From the human T2T-CHM13v2.0 reference genome, Homo sapiens, in assembly GCF_009914755.1 (NCBI RefSeq), contig NC_060941.1: 64,000 bases of DNA, one strand, 5' to 3'. The notes beneath the pieces were generated by a model, which was given only the letters and a program-made list of their open reading frames with translations, searched no databases and was not told where the DNA came from. Positions 17,262-31,927 of this stretch are shown piece by piece. Each line of letters begins with the position of its first letter. The first letter of the stretch is position 1. Made by a program: the position numbers and the translations under genes.

Positions 17262-17829
17262 CTATATAGATGAGAAAGCGGTAATTTAATCACCATAAAA
17301 AGTGAAAACTACTAAAATTCTGAAAAATCTGCCCTCACCATTGCCCTTTATGAATTACAAGCTCTTTATTTTAGCCACAGATGACTCTACACCCTTCCAG
17401 GAACACTCCAGCACTTTCATTTCATAAACTCACCCATTTGTTCTTGCTGTTCCCCTGTTCAAATGCCCTTCCTCCCTCTCCCTATCACACTCCAGTTTGT
17501 CTGCTAATTGAAATCCAACACTGTTCTTCAAAGAACAACTCACATGCCACCCCTTTCTTGGGGATCAAGCCTTCACAATATTTGACAGGCAGTTCTCTAT
17601 CAGACTCATTTAACTCTGCCTCAGACTACAGTTAATTGACTGGCAGTGGTTGACAGCACTGTCCGTGTCTTCTGGAATTCTCCATAGGATCCCGCACAGT
17701 TCTGCACAGACTGGATACTCAGTAAATGAAAAATCACTGTGCTTCTCCCTGAACACAGAAAAGGAGTAAAAGAAATAAAAATGGGGAGATTGGTACAACT
17801 GGTTTGGTGGCAGAAGCAAGAATAATAAT

Positions 17830-18030
17830 GCCTGTCAAAACCAGCAACTCAGCCCTTTTGAGGGAGGCGGGGAAGCCCTGATTTGTAGCATTTACTGATC
17901 TCCTTGGTGTAAATACTCCCCATATCATGGCTGATTTCCGATTACCAACATGCAGACACAGAACTCAGAGTTGGGAAGAGATGCATGCAATTGGCTCTCT
18001 TGAGCCAAGCTGATCTAGTGCAGCAGTGTT
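17830..18030 (-). mobile_element. MER63 hAT DNA transposon
   Basis: gccctgatttgtagc...gtgtaaatactccc...gagttgggaagagatgc matches MER63 antisense. Confidence 0.8.
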
Positions 18031-18157
18031 CTGGTCCCCAGGTTGAAAGTTACATCAGTTATTTGCATAGTGCAACACATGTTCATACCAATGAATCTTA
18101 ACTTTCAATCAAATAATAAGGTAAGTTTATTGACATACATTTTACATCTTCTTATTT

Positions 18158-18701
18158 TGGAGAATTCAGGACACACTACCCGCAAAATATGGCACCTTGA
18201 CATCTTGAATATTTTCAGATAAAGGAACTCAAGAAAACTGCACAAGTAGGAAGGTCACTGTGACCCTCACGCAGCCTTTCTCCCCTGAAGTAGGTCATAA
18301 AACCTCCAAAGGATTTTCTGACTCTCCCCAGAAGCAGGTCACAAGACCCTCATGTGAGAGGTGCCCTCCCTATACCTGGAGGACAGGAGCGTCCTTCTCT
18401 CTGAAGACACGAAAACAGAGAGAATCTGCACAAGCAGGTCTTGGTAAGTTCCTGCCTGTTTATTACACTTAGCTCACTCCCCTTTGTCCACAACTTTCCA
18501 CTCTTCATCAAACCCACTATAAAAAAATGCTCAGGTTCAACTGTTTCTTTGAGTTTTCAATTACTTTTGAAGGCACCTGAGTGATATAAAATTTATATTA
18601 AATAATGTGTATGCTTTTCTCTTAGCAAACTGTCTTTTATTATAGGGGCCTGAGCTAATGACCTTAGCATGGTAGAAAGAAAATTACTTTCCTCCCCTAC
18701 A
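18158..18701 (+). mobile_element. ERV1 solo LTR (MER34/39/93 group)
   Basis: TG...caaaatatggcaccttg start, ctataaaa, ends ttcctcccctaCA. Confidence 0.8.
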
Positions 18702-18858
18702 CTATATAATTTAAACAAAGTATTTTTGTCAGATCTTTTTCTTCACTAAGTGTCTAACTTCTTCCCATTTCTGGAACTGCTCTGAAACTCTCCCATTCAC
18801 AATCATGTGGCTGAGAAGAACCAAGAGACAGAAAGGCATGATAGAAACAAAACACCTA

Positions 18859-19170
<312 letters not shown>

Positions 19171-19310
19171 CCACTTAGTGTTTATTAACATATAGTTCCA
19201 TGCAGCTATATGCTGCACTCTACTTTTCCTTTGCTTCCTCTCCTCCTGGGTTTGAGGCAGAAGGCAAGCTGGGGAAGAAGGCAGAAGAAAGGAAATATAG
19301 AGGAGACAAA

Positions 19311-19446
19311 TACACCTAGAGTGGGCTCACAAGGCGGTAATCTATACACCTAGAGTGGGCTTGTAAGGCTGTAATCTATACACCTAGAGTGGGCTCCCAA
19401 GGCTGTAATCTATACACCTAGAGTGGGCTTATAAGGCTCTAATCTC
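19311..19446. repeat. Minisatellite, 4 x 34 bp
   Basis: Unit TACACCTAGAGTGGGCTnnnAAGGCTGTAATCTA at 19311, 19345, 19379, 19413. Confidence 0.97.
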
Positions 19447-20809
19447 TCTCTGTCATTTCCTTGCTGACGCTGAACTGTGTGTTTCATGTGACTAGAGATG
19501 AAACAGGAAAGGGAATGCGTTGGAGCCATTTTTTAAAACTACAAACTGTTTCTCACTACCCTCTGGGTAAGTAGAATGTTCTTAATTCCACTCATGTTAC
19601 CTACAATGGCCGTTCTCTTACAGACATCATGTTTTTAGCACGTTATTCCTAGCAAAATCCCCAAGGAGTGTAATAGTAGGTTGCCTAATTCATTCTGTTT
19701 GAGCATTATGAACTCAGAATCAATATTTGAATTTTTAGAGCTTCCTGTTTTCAGAGTCCTGTGTTCCAGGCATCTGATAAGAATGACTGCATAATTGTCC
19801 TAACTTCTGTAATACTTTTGCTCGAGTATGATCTCGGTATACAGACTTAATGCTTATGACAGGTCCACATTATTTGAGTAAACCGATTGAAAACCAAGAG
19901 CTGAATGAGAACGTCCCTTAATCTAGCGGCTGCATTATCAATTTGTGAGCATGTCCACATTCTGGTCTTTGAGGGAGAAAATACAGTAAAAAAAAAAAAA
20001 AAAAAAAAAATGAGGTCAAGCTGGGATTTTCTAGCTCAGTGATTGGCTCTAAATGAAGGCATATGAATCTTTGCCTTTCGGTTGTGTGGAAAATCTGCCA
20101 GGGGCTAAACTTTGTTGTTAGATTGGCCTAAGCAAGCAAGACAAGCTAGCTGGGATGGGAAGGAGAGGGAAGGAAGAAAGAGAAGAAAAACGTGGCTTCC
20201 TGTGGTTTTACAAGGGTCACATCAGCCTCAGGAAGTAGGGACATTGCGAGCAACTAAACATATGCAAATGAAATGCAACTTTTCAGAGGGAATTTGTTAA
20301 GTTACTTCATTAGCACTGAGGCCAAGGGCAGTCCAGAGCTAATGCAAAGTAGATCTGACGGTTTCCCTTTGTTTGCGTCGAGGTCTTCAGGGCAGTGGGA
20401 GTAAAGGGGTGAAAAGGCGGACAGCCATGTCCTTGAAAGGGAGCAGAACCTGTAAGGTCTCCCAAGCCCTTTTGGCTTGAATGCTGGCTTTTGTCTCCCG
20501 AGGGCCATTGCTCTGCTCCCCGAGAGTCCAAGTAATGAAGCACTTGATTAAGACCTCATTAAAAGTTCATTGACATTCATGACTGGAGCCATCACTGCAG
20601 CCCAGAGAGATGGAGGGAGGATGGGGCCAGCCTAGAAGCATAAAACCTGGGTTTAAATACTCTTTCTGCCACTTCACAGCTTGGTTTTCTTCCTGGTACA
20701 TTTTTAATCTCTCGGTAATGCCACTTTTCTCATCTCTAAATAACTCCAGTTCTGTGCCACTGTGAGAACGCGCTTTGAAAGCCTTAGTATTTTGTGTGTC
20801 CTTATTCTT

Positions 20810-21125
20810 TTTTTTTTTTTTTTTTTTTTTTTTTGAGACAGAGTCTCGCTCTGTCACCCAGGCTGCAGTGCAGTGGCGCAATCTCGGCTCACGGCAAGCT
20901 CCACCTACCGGGTTCATGCCATTTCCTGCCTCAGCCTCCGAAGTAGCTGGGACTACAGGCGCCCACCACCACGCCCGGCTAATTTTTTTTCTATTTTTTT
21001 TTTTTTTTTAGTAGAGACGGGGTTTCACCGTTAGCCAGGATGGTCTCAATCTCCTGACCTCGTGATCCGCCCACCTCGGCCTCCCAAAGTGCTGGGATTA
21101 CAGGCGTGAGCCACCACGTCCGGCC
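20810..21125 (-). mobile_element. AluY
   Basis: 17-bp TSD TGTGTGTCCTTATTCTT. Confidence 0.96.
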
Positions 21126-21723
21126 TGTGTGTCCTTATTCTTGTTTTCCACCCCTTTGCTGTCTTCATCTGGTTGTTTCAGGCTCTTTAGGACCTGCTGA
21201 GGACATGTATTTCTTGCATCACAGCGCTGTGAAGCACCCTGAGACTGCACAGGCCTCTGAGAAATACAGACAGGTTATAGGGAAAAACAAGAAGCTCTAG
21301 CCTCTGGCAGATGTCCATGCAACCCACCCAAGCCCCACAAAGGAAACAGTGCAAGCAGCTGAGAATATCTCTAGACTGTTGATCAGACCTTGCCCAACCG
21401 ACATTCACAGGCATACAGATAGCCAGGTGTGCCCCTTTGCACAAATTCGAGTCCTTCCATGAGATCCAGGAACCAAGCACAGCAGCAAATCCTAAAGTGT
21501 TCCACAAAACACTCATTCTTCCAGACTGTTGGCGTTCTACCATTGACGGAGGGTGGAGCTGAAAATTCTGGGCAGCTTTCCTCCAACGAGCCCAAGAATC
21601 TGAAAGGCCACCCTGACACCCACGTACTACTCACCAGACACAGCCAGCGTCACTGGACAGCCACAAGTTTTGTTTTTGTTTGGTTTTTGAATTCAGAGCT
21701 TCTGTTTGAGGCTTAGAGTTTCC

Positions 21724-22266
21724 AAGATGGAGCAGGGACCCCTCTTAGGGGCCTACGGGGCCCCCTAAGCATAAAGGAAAATCTTGAGTTCCTTCCAAAG
21801 AAATTCCAGGTACCTAACTAGCCCTAAGAAGTAAATGAACAACTTGATAAGCAAGAAAGTAACAGTGGTCTACAACAATAGCCAAGTAAGTGAGAGCCTT
21901 GAGTGATGGTATGTTTGATTCCCTATAGAAACTAAAGATAACATCTTAACATATATCCGTGAATTGTTTTCCAGAAGCCCTGACCCCGACCAAAGGTTCC
22001 CCTGGCACATCCACCTGAGATAAAGAGCTGAGGACTGAATTCTGATGACCATTCTTTGTTCTAAATTCCTTCCTCAGAGGCCTGGAGCAAGTCACATCCC
22101 CAGGCCAGACCTTAACATTCCTTCCTGCTAACCCCAAGTTTTTAGACAAAGCTTCACTTCCTTAACCAGTCAGGAATCAGAGTCTTCCTCCCGCTGCAGA
22201 GAACCTTGGTGTGAAAGTTCTGCTTTATTGTGCCGGGTGAGCGGACCCCAGGTTAGTTCGGTGACA
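21724..22266 (+). mobile_element. ERV1 solo LTR (LTR29/LTR48-like), apparently internally deleted
   Basis: gagcagggacccctcttaggggcct start, ends ttcggtgaCA. Confidence 0.75.
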
Positions 22267-22529
22267 GAACTGAACATCCACAAGTTTTGTTTTGGTTTGG
22301 TTTGGTTTGGGGGCTTTCACCTTCTCTTTGAGGCTTGTACTTTCCAAGGCCATACCCTAGGAAGCCAGAAAATGACTCCATCCACTCCAGACCCTCCTTC
22401 AGGTTCTCTGAAGATTCTATAAGAATTTCCATTCTCCTAACATCACCTCCAACCTCAAGTAACCTCTCATTCTTCCTTTTTTGCCTAGAGTTGGTATCTT
22501 CCCTTGTTCTGGGCAAGGGAAAGAATCTT

Positions 22530-22850
22530 TTCCTCCCAATATTATTGAGGTATAATTGACAAATAGAAATTGTATATATTTATGGTGTGGCACGTGATGA
22601 AATACGTATACATTGTAAAATGGCTACCACAATCAAGGTAATTTACACATCCATAGCCTTACATAGTTACTGTGTGTGTATGTGTGTGTCTGTGTGTGTG
22701 TGTGTCTCTGTGTGTGTGTGTTAAAAACACTTAAGATAACTCTGTAAATTTGAAGTCTGTAATACTTGAAATTCTGGGCTATTGTTGTCATGCTGTTAGT
22801 TAGAGTTCCAGAAGTTATTTATCTTATACCAGAAAGTTTATATCCTTCTT
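22530..22850 (-). mobile_element. L1MA 3' end with internal (TG)n
   Basis: ttattgaggtataattgacaaata antisense L1MA terminus; (TG)n at 22671-22720. Confidence 0.8.
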
Positions 22851-23154
22851 ACTTTATCAAAGATTCTTATTTCATCCCAAATTCTTCCTATGCTCTGGTA
22901 GATGGTATAAACTTCATATCTGATTCCTCCACTTAAAGCCAAGTTTCTGAAATAGTGAAGCTTTTTTATCTCTTGCAGAATAGCCATACCTTTTTAAATT
23001 TTGGTTATAGATTTATAAAGCTCTGCTTCAGAGCTCAAAAATCATTGGAGCAAGTTTTTGTTCTCGCTGATTTTTCCCTAGCCAGAGGCAATATTTATAG
23101 AGCCTCCCAATGGCTACGTGGCTGTTTAGGGGTGACGATAGTGGCAGTAGCTGG

Positions 23155-23938
<784 letters not shown>

Positions 23939-24369
23939 CTGGAGAAAGAGGGATTAGAGGTAAGTGGAATTGGTATCTATTGGTTAAAGCCAAGAAATTA
24001 ACACTGTTCATTCTTCTCCTCCCAAATTCAAAATGAAAAGAAAAAAAAGACATAAGTGTCAAATGGAGATAAATATTAGCTTGATTATTGATAAAAGTGG
24101 GATTGAATGACAGAGCCTAGAGGTACAACCACATGGACTTGCTAATTCTTTGCCCTGGGGATCAAGCATTTTCTCCTCTGGTCACCGGTCCAGCCTGAAG
24201 CCTATGGGCCTTCCCAGGTGCAATGCTCCATGGAGAAGCAAAGGAAACTTACACCCTGAGGAGAGGCCAGTTCCAAAAGAGATCCAGCAGGCCTGGCATC
24301 CACTTTGACACTTACCAGTTAAGCATGTCATCAGGGAGAGAAGGTAAAATAAGGGTCTAAGGAAAACCA

Positions 24370-24705
24370 AACAGAGATTGTTAGCAGAGGTTGGGAAGGG
24401 TAGCAGGGAGCAGGAGATAAAGTCAGGATGGTTAATGGGTACAAAAACACAGACACAATGAATAAAATCTAGAATTTGGTAGCACAATAGGATTACTGTA
24501 GTTATCGATAATTTATCCTATATTTTCAAATACCTTAAAGAGTGGAATTGGAATGATCCTAACCCAAGATAAAGGTTTGAGGTGATGGATACCCCAATTT
24601 CCTTGATGTGATGATTACTTATTGCATGCCTGTATCAAAACATCTTATGTACCCCGTAAATATATATAACTATTATGTACCTATAACAATTAGTTTTAAA
24701 AAGAA
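24370..24705 (+). mobile_element. L1MA 3'UTR fragment
   Basis: ggttaatgggtacaaaaa...gaggtgatggatacccc motifs. Confidence 0.85.
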
Positions 24706-24889
24706 AATGAAATGGAATTGGAAACACATCCCATTTAATACAAAATCATTACTTACTAATATTATTATAATAAAATTCTGACTTCTGTTGGCTAGTATTT
24801 TGTTTCAATAATTTTGGATCTATATTCACAGCTTAGATTGTTCTCCATGCGTGTACTTTGTGCTATGCTTTTCCAGTTTTATTCAGGTA

Positions 24890-25860
24890 TTGTGGTTTCA
24901 TGGAGTGCCATATGACTCTGGTTTACTCCTGCAGACCTCCTCCCCCTACCTTTCTGCCCTAAGAGGCTGACTGCCGTGAACCACATTGAAACTAGTGTCC
25001 CAAAGAGTTAAAGACACAGAAGATTAACAGAAATTCTTGAGTTTGCAGGACAGCAGATAAGAAAAAAAAAAAAAACTTGCTGAAATGTTGAAACTCCTTG
25101 CTTATGAGATAACAAAACTGGCTGAAATTGGCCGGAACCAATATGGCTGACTGGAGTCTGTGCAGAACAAGCTTGCTGACCTCACAGCCTAAGTTTCCAC
25201 TGAATGTTTCATATTAACGCCCCCTGAATTTGCACATGTGACCCATGAGGAGGCATGAAGGGATAACTGTGCGTACCTAATGACATACCAGACCTCCCCT
25301 TTCCTTCCACCAATCACCTGCTAATCCCAGAATCCACCCATTAAACCTTGGCTAATAAAAGTACTGCCATAAAGCCAGCATAGGAAGACAGATTTGAGCT
25401 GGACTGCTGTCTCCTTGTTGGTCTACCTACAATAAAATGCTTTTCTTGTCTCAAAACCCCAGTGTCATAGCACTGGCTTCTAGTGCATAGGGCAATGAGC
25501 TCTTTAGCTTGGTAACCACATCGGTGACTCCCTTGACCTGTGGCTTCTGGTTGGCTTTGACCAATGAGAAACTCAGGAAGAAAATTTCAGGGTGGAAGGA
25601 GAATGAGACTGGAGCATTTATTCTCCCATCCCCTTCTTTGCAAGGTCAACAGAAGCTGTCTGAGTCCCAGGAACAAATATCGCAGCTGCTGTCGGGCCTT
25701 CCTTCCAGGTTCTGAAGGAAACTTTCCCCTACCCCTTCAAGCCTTGGGTTGGTAATAGGACTGCACTACCCAGCTGGCATTTCCACACCCTTCCCATACC
25801 GTTATTGCCTAATGTGAGTGTGACATCTGTTGCCTGCTGGGAAGCTGACTGACACACGTG
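24890..25860. mobile_element. Old ERVL LTR (LTR33-like), split by a younger LTR
   Basis: ggcttctggttggctttgaccaatgag motif; halves rejoin across the TSD ACAT. Confidence 0.55.
24987..25517 (+). mobile_element. ERV1 solo LTR (MER66/MER73-like)
   Basis: TGAAAC...ccaaagagttaaaga start, aataaa, ggtaac end, 4-bp TSD ACAT. Confidence 0.8.
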
Positions 25861-26750
25861 GTTAAGCTGACTTAACAAAATGAGCTGGAAAGCTTGCTAT
25901 TTTTATCTATGCTCTGGAGCACATTAACTATTGCAAGAATTTTCTATTCCTTGAAGGTCAAAGAACTGATCTCTAATTCCCTCTTAGCCTAGTATTTTAG
26001 GAATAAGATGGTTCTCTGACAAATGTTTAAAATTTTTCTCATGGTGTTTTTTTTTAATTTAGGTTTCTTCTTCCTCAGTCAAGTTTAGTAACTAATATTT
26101 CCTTTAAAAATCACCCATTTCCTTAAAAGCTTTATATTTTTTAGCATGGAACTATTTGCAGAATTCTCTTTTACTGTTTTCATCCATTCAGAAGAACTTC
26201 CAGATTAATAAAAACTTTGCATGACACTCAGAAACTTTGTAAGTAAATAAAAAGAAAAACTAGTTTTGTTCTTATGCAATTGATCCATGAAGCATAATAT
26301 TTTTTTGTTATACTTGGCCACCCAGAAACTATGTACTACTCTCTTAAATTTGGGGACAACTGCATCATTTAATCTGCATTCCCCTAGGTAGAAGTCAGAA
26401 ATTCACTCTCCCAGACTCCCATGTAGCTAGGGCATAGATACGTGACTTAAGCTTCACCAATACGATTTATTTACAAGAGACTTTGGGACTTCATGATGCA
26501 AAGTCTCAGGCACCAATTGAGAGCAATTTCTGGTGCAGGTACTGAACACAACATCTAACTTTCAGAGGCTACATTGGCTTTAAAGGTTGTATCCAATGTC
26601 CAGATTTAAGTAACAAGTTGAGGTCTCTATGCTCAGTTGTGGTAGTAACAGCGTCTCCATGGAAACTCTCAGATGGCTTAAACTGGTAGTTGTAACTGTC
26701 TCCATAGCCTTATTCTCTGGCCCCCTTGGAGAATGGGTGAGGTACCTGAT

Positions 26751-27143
26751 TGTTATGGGCTAACTGTGTACCTCCCAAAATTCATGCTGAAGCCCTAAAC
26801 CCCAGTATCTCAGAATGTGATTATATTTGGTGCCAAGGACTTTAAAGAAGTCATTAAGGTAAAATGAGGCTGTTAGGATAGGGACCTACTCCAACCTGAC
26901 TGGTGTCCTTGTAAAAAGAGAAAGAGACACCAGGGATGCCCACACACAGAGAAAAGGCCATGTGAGAATAAAGCAAGAAGGTAGCCTTCTGCAAGCCAAG
27001 AAGAGATGCCAAAGAAAACACTGAATCTGCTGACACCTTGATCCTGTGCTTCTGACCTCCATCATTGTGAGAAAATAAATGTCTGGTGTTTGTGTCACCC
27101 ATTCTGTGGTATTTTATTATGGTAGCTCTAGCAAGCTCATACA
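26751..27143 (+). mobile_element. MLT1B-like MaLR solo LTR
   Basis: TGttatgggc...ataCA, 393 bp, 5-bp TSD (c/t)tgat. Confidence 0.9.
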
Positions 27144-27634
27144 TTGATGTTGTTCAATATATTTATTTCCTGCTTGAATTTGCTAAAATGAGCTTTGTTG
27201 TTGGAAACTAAAAACACTGATTCTGCACATTATGTAATTGTAGGAATGGTTTCCATTTCTGGTATGGCTGGGTTAGTTCCTACTGGACTAGCCCTCTTGC
27301 AGATGACAACTATAAACTCTGAACACACTTTTAAAATTGGATATTTCAAGCATTTTTTAAAATTCCTCCAACTACTTAAAGGCATTGGAGAAAGACCAAA
27401 AGTAGGCATATACCAGAAGGGGCTTGACACTTGATAAATGGGAACAGCACTGGGTGTTTCACATTTTCACAACTTTTAGGCTGAGGCCAAGCCCTAATCT
27501 TTACCATATGGGGGTGGCTGAAGCTTTAATGAAAAAACTTACTGATTTTTCTGGTACAAAGAACTATTAGAAAGAGTTTGAGGTGACCACAAGCCGTGGA
27601 CAGTGAGGAGGGAGACTTAGAAAGGACAGAGACA

Positions 27635-27939
27635 GGCCGGGTGTGGTGGCTCACGCCTGTAATCCCAGCACTTTGGGAGGCTGATGCAGGCAGATCACGA
27701 GGTCAGGAGATCGAGACCATCCTGGCTAACATGGTGAAACCCCATCTCTACTAAAAATACAAAAAAATTAGCCGGGCGTGGTGGTGGGCACCTGTAATCC
27801 CAGCTACTCAGGAGGCTAAGGCAGGAGAATGGCATGAACCCGGGAAGGTGGAGGTTGCAGTGAGCCAAGAACGCACCACTGCACTCCAGCCTGGGCAACA
27901 CAGCAAGACTCCGTCTCAAAAAAAAAAAGAAAAAGAAAA
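27635..27939 (+). mobile_element. Alu (Sc/Y-like)
   Basis: Full dimer, imperfect TSD agaaagg(a/g)cagag(a/c)ca. Confidence 0.95.
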
Positions 27940-28576
27940 AGAAAGGGCAGAGCCATAGAGGGAGCACCAAATCCTGAATATATACTTAGATCAAATTTCT
28001 GGCTAATCCCCTCCCTATGCATGTGTGGGACAGACCCCAAGCAGCTTAGATAAGAGTAAAATAACTGAACTGAAATTCATGTTGCTGCCCAAGAAACATA
28101 ATTTTCAGTTTTAGTCTAATTAAATCAATTGCCCACTAAAACAAACAAAAATCAATCCTCTTAAGAAGAATATAAAAGAGTCCAGAGTTTCCACAATACA
28201 TTTTTAATGTCCAGGTTACATTTCAAAAATTATATGACAAATTTGTAAAAATGAAAATGTGACCCATTCTCAAGAAATAAAATAATGGAGAGTTTGAATT
28301 AAGATGTTAAACCATCATTATAATTATGCTATAGGAAATAAATAAAAATATACTCACAATGAATGAAGCAATCATTATTTCAGTAAAAAAAAAACTACAA
28401 TAATAAAAGGTCCACATGGAGGTTTTAGAACTAAAAAATATAATATTTAAAATAATTATATAAATACACATATAAGAATTCAGACACATACATGGGAGTC
28501 TGAAATAAGAAAGAAACAAGAGCAGCAGCTGCCACAAGGAAAATGTTTTCTTTCATCCAGATTTAAAGTCCTGATT

Positions 28577-28938
<362 letters not shown>

Positions 28939-31003
28939 TCAAAGACTGCCAGATACTTAATGAGAAGGTAAACAGAAGAGGCAGAGAAGAGGTACTGAAT
29001 CTATTAGAAACATTTGTTGCCACAGTTGCCTTATTTTGCCAAGATAGAACTTTTTGAAGGTGATCTTCTACCATCACTATCACTTTGTTTAAAAAGAGAA
29101 ACTTATAAGTAACAAAAATATAATTTCAGAATATATGACAGTCTCCCAAAAAGGACAGATGACAACTTTGCATTGACATCTAAAAAGGGAGCAAGGAGGA
29201 AGAAGATAAATTTGAAAACTACTAACACAATTCAAAATGTTATTTAATGGTACTGTACCATACACAATTGTTTTCTTGATACAAATCTTTCCATTTAGAA
29301 TCTATATTTCACAGTGCAATGTATTTTGATACTTCATTTTTGTTTTAATCCAGTTAAAATGTGAAAATCCAATTTCACGTTAAGAAAAAAACAAAATTCC
29401 TAATATCATTTTACTTAATTTAGAATATTCTGAGTTAACAGAGACATCTCAGGAAGAAAAACTTAACTTCTTCTTGAATCTTTTTACCTATGGGCTGGGA
29501 AGAAATCAGATGACTGCAGGAATGGTTCTGATGGTAAAGGCCACAGAAATGGGACTAAAGATACGTCCCGATTGGTCGCATCGCACCTATGACCCAGTGT
29601 AGCCCAGGGCCCCGGACACTAATGTGAAGCCAAAGGAGTTTATTGCGTGGGTGAAAGTTTTGCTGTGGATCAGCCATGGGAAAATAGCTAGTATACATTG
29701 ATCTAGTGCCCTGAGGAAATACAACAACTAGGTTCTCACTTGGTCAGTGGGGTATCTGAAATCCAAGCTTGCATCTCAGAATTCAGTCTGGCCATCAGGG
29801 TTGGCTAATACTGATGAATTAGAGTCCAACCACTTCTGGTCCAAGAGTGCTTCAAAGTTTCCTCTGTGTCATTCATAGAATTCTTTAATATTCCACCCAA
29901 GCCTGGGACAGCTCCTAGTTTTCCGGTATCAGCCAGGCCCGCTTATCTGCTCAAGAAGCCTATATATAAAATTTGTATTGTACCAAGCCTTCTGAAGTGG
30001 ATAATTCCTTAATTTGGAAAAAACATATAGATAAACTTTCCTAGATCAGTTCATCTTAACATTTATCTATTTTCTCATCATTTTTATGTGTTCTAATTTT
30101 GATGACTTTCAGCACAAATCAAAACATTGTTTACTGCCTCCGTTTTTGAAATTTGACGGTGGTTTCATCCTCATGCAATCTCACACTGTTTTCTCTTCAT
30201 AATGCACATTTTATCGCTGCAATGTCACCTTGAGTCTTTCAATACCAGTTGAAAGAGCATTGTTTTATCCTCATATCCGTTCTTTTCTTGAAGCTATAGC
30301 TTTTCCAATGGCTATGATCTATATGTTTTTCCCAACCTTTCAAAGGAGGTTGATCTAGTATTTGGAGTAGAGATAGATTTTTCTCAGAAATTGCATAGTT
30401 ACCATTTTAATATTTTATCATTCTGAGGACATAATGGCTTAAATTTACTCTAGCATCACTTTGTCAGATTCAAGACCCAGCAGCAGGAAGAATAAGGGAG
30501 CTTAGTCCTTTCTTCACAGAGCTCCTCTTTCATATTTGTTGTGGCAATTGGAAGATATGTAGCCAGTGAGCTGGTGGCTCACTACCATGCCTCTTTATTG
30601 GGGCATATCTGTGGCAGCTCTCCTGCTTTATGCCAGCCAGGACCACCCTGGGAGTATGCATCACAGAGCACTTCCCACTGTGCGACCTCCAACATGAGGT
30701 GCTTTTCCCAGAGGTATAGGTAGCATTTGCATCCAGCCCATCCCTCCATGGCCACAGGGCCCAATACCCACCCTCTCCACTGTCCCTTTCTGATCTAAAT
30801 TAAAAGGTATCAAAGGATGCTTTAGATCAGAATGGCATTTATTTCTTAAATGAGCTATTCTTTTCCACACAGGAAATATATGTTAGTTTAAACATTCTCC
30901 TAATGTTGTGTATTGAACACATTTCTTATATATTGAACACATGCAACTCAAAGTGTCTAGTGTCTAGTGTGAGGTCATGTACTAATGTGGATACACATTC
31001 TTC

Positions 31004-31927
31004 GTTATTTTTATTTCTTTATTTTTATTTTTTGTAGAGACAGGGTCTCACTATGTTGCCCAGGCTGGTCTTGAACTCCTGGGCTCAAGGGATCCACCTG
31101 CCCCTGAAATGGGAAAAGTTCCCTTATCCCCCTCGCAGGGTGTGAGACAGAGGGAGTGGCTTGCTTCTTCAGTGCCCCACTGCTGAAACCTCTAGGGGAG
31201 CATACAGACGGGAAGGTTGTGGGGCTCCAACCCCACGGCAGTGTCTAGGGGTGGATGTTTACAGCTCCCGAAGCCTCAGTGGGCACGTGCTACCATGTGC
31301 TCTTTTAGTTATGCCATCTGTAGGTGGCTTGTGTTAACCAGCTCAATTAGACCCTCTACCTTGTTGCAAGGACAGAGAGCTTTCTGTATCCCGGGTTCTC
31401 GCCTTGGTGTACTGGAAGAACTGGATCACACCTGGGCTTGGAGAATGAGTACAGAGTTTTATTGAGTGGAGGTAGCTCTCAGCAGATGAGGGAAGGCAGA
31501 AGGGGGATAGAGTGGGGAGGTTTTCCCCTGGAGTCAGGCTGCTCAACGGCCTGGGCTCTCCTCCAACTGCCCCAGCGAAACTCCACATCATTCTGCTTCT
31601 GCCAGTCGGTGGCCAGCCAGCGGTCTGGGGCCCACCGGTGCATTCCTCTTGACGTCCAGCGGCTTGTGTGCATGTCTGCTAGGGTCTCGGGGGTTTTTAT
31701 AGGCACAGGATGGGGGCATGGTGGGCCAGGGTGGTCTTGGGAAATGCAACATTTGGGTGCAAAGGCAGGAGTGCCTGTCCTCACCTAGGTCCGTGGTCAC
31801 AGGCTGGGGAGTGGAGCCCTTATCAGGGACCATGCCCTCTTCTACGTAGCACTTCTCTGTCTCCCTTCCATATCACCTCGACCTCCCAAAGTGCTGGGAT
31901 TACAGACATAAGCTACCATGTCTGGCC
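31004..31927 (-). mobile_element. Alu monomer (FLAM_C-like) split by LTR1
   Basis: Halves 31004-31104 and 31876-31927 rejoin as gatccacctgcctcgacctcccaaagtg. Confidence 0.85.
31105..31875 (-). mobile_element. LTR1-family ERV1 solo LTR
   Basis: Minus strand TGATATGGAAGGG...CA with CCTATAAAAA and AATAAA; 4-bp TSD cccc/cctc. Confidence 0.9.

Noticed and set aside
19311-19446. CRISPR-like array
   Set aside because: Head-to-tail 34-bp units with only a 3-nt variable spot and no spacers, in primate DNA with no cas genes.
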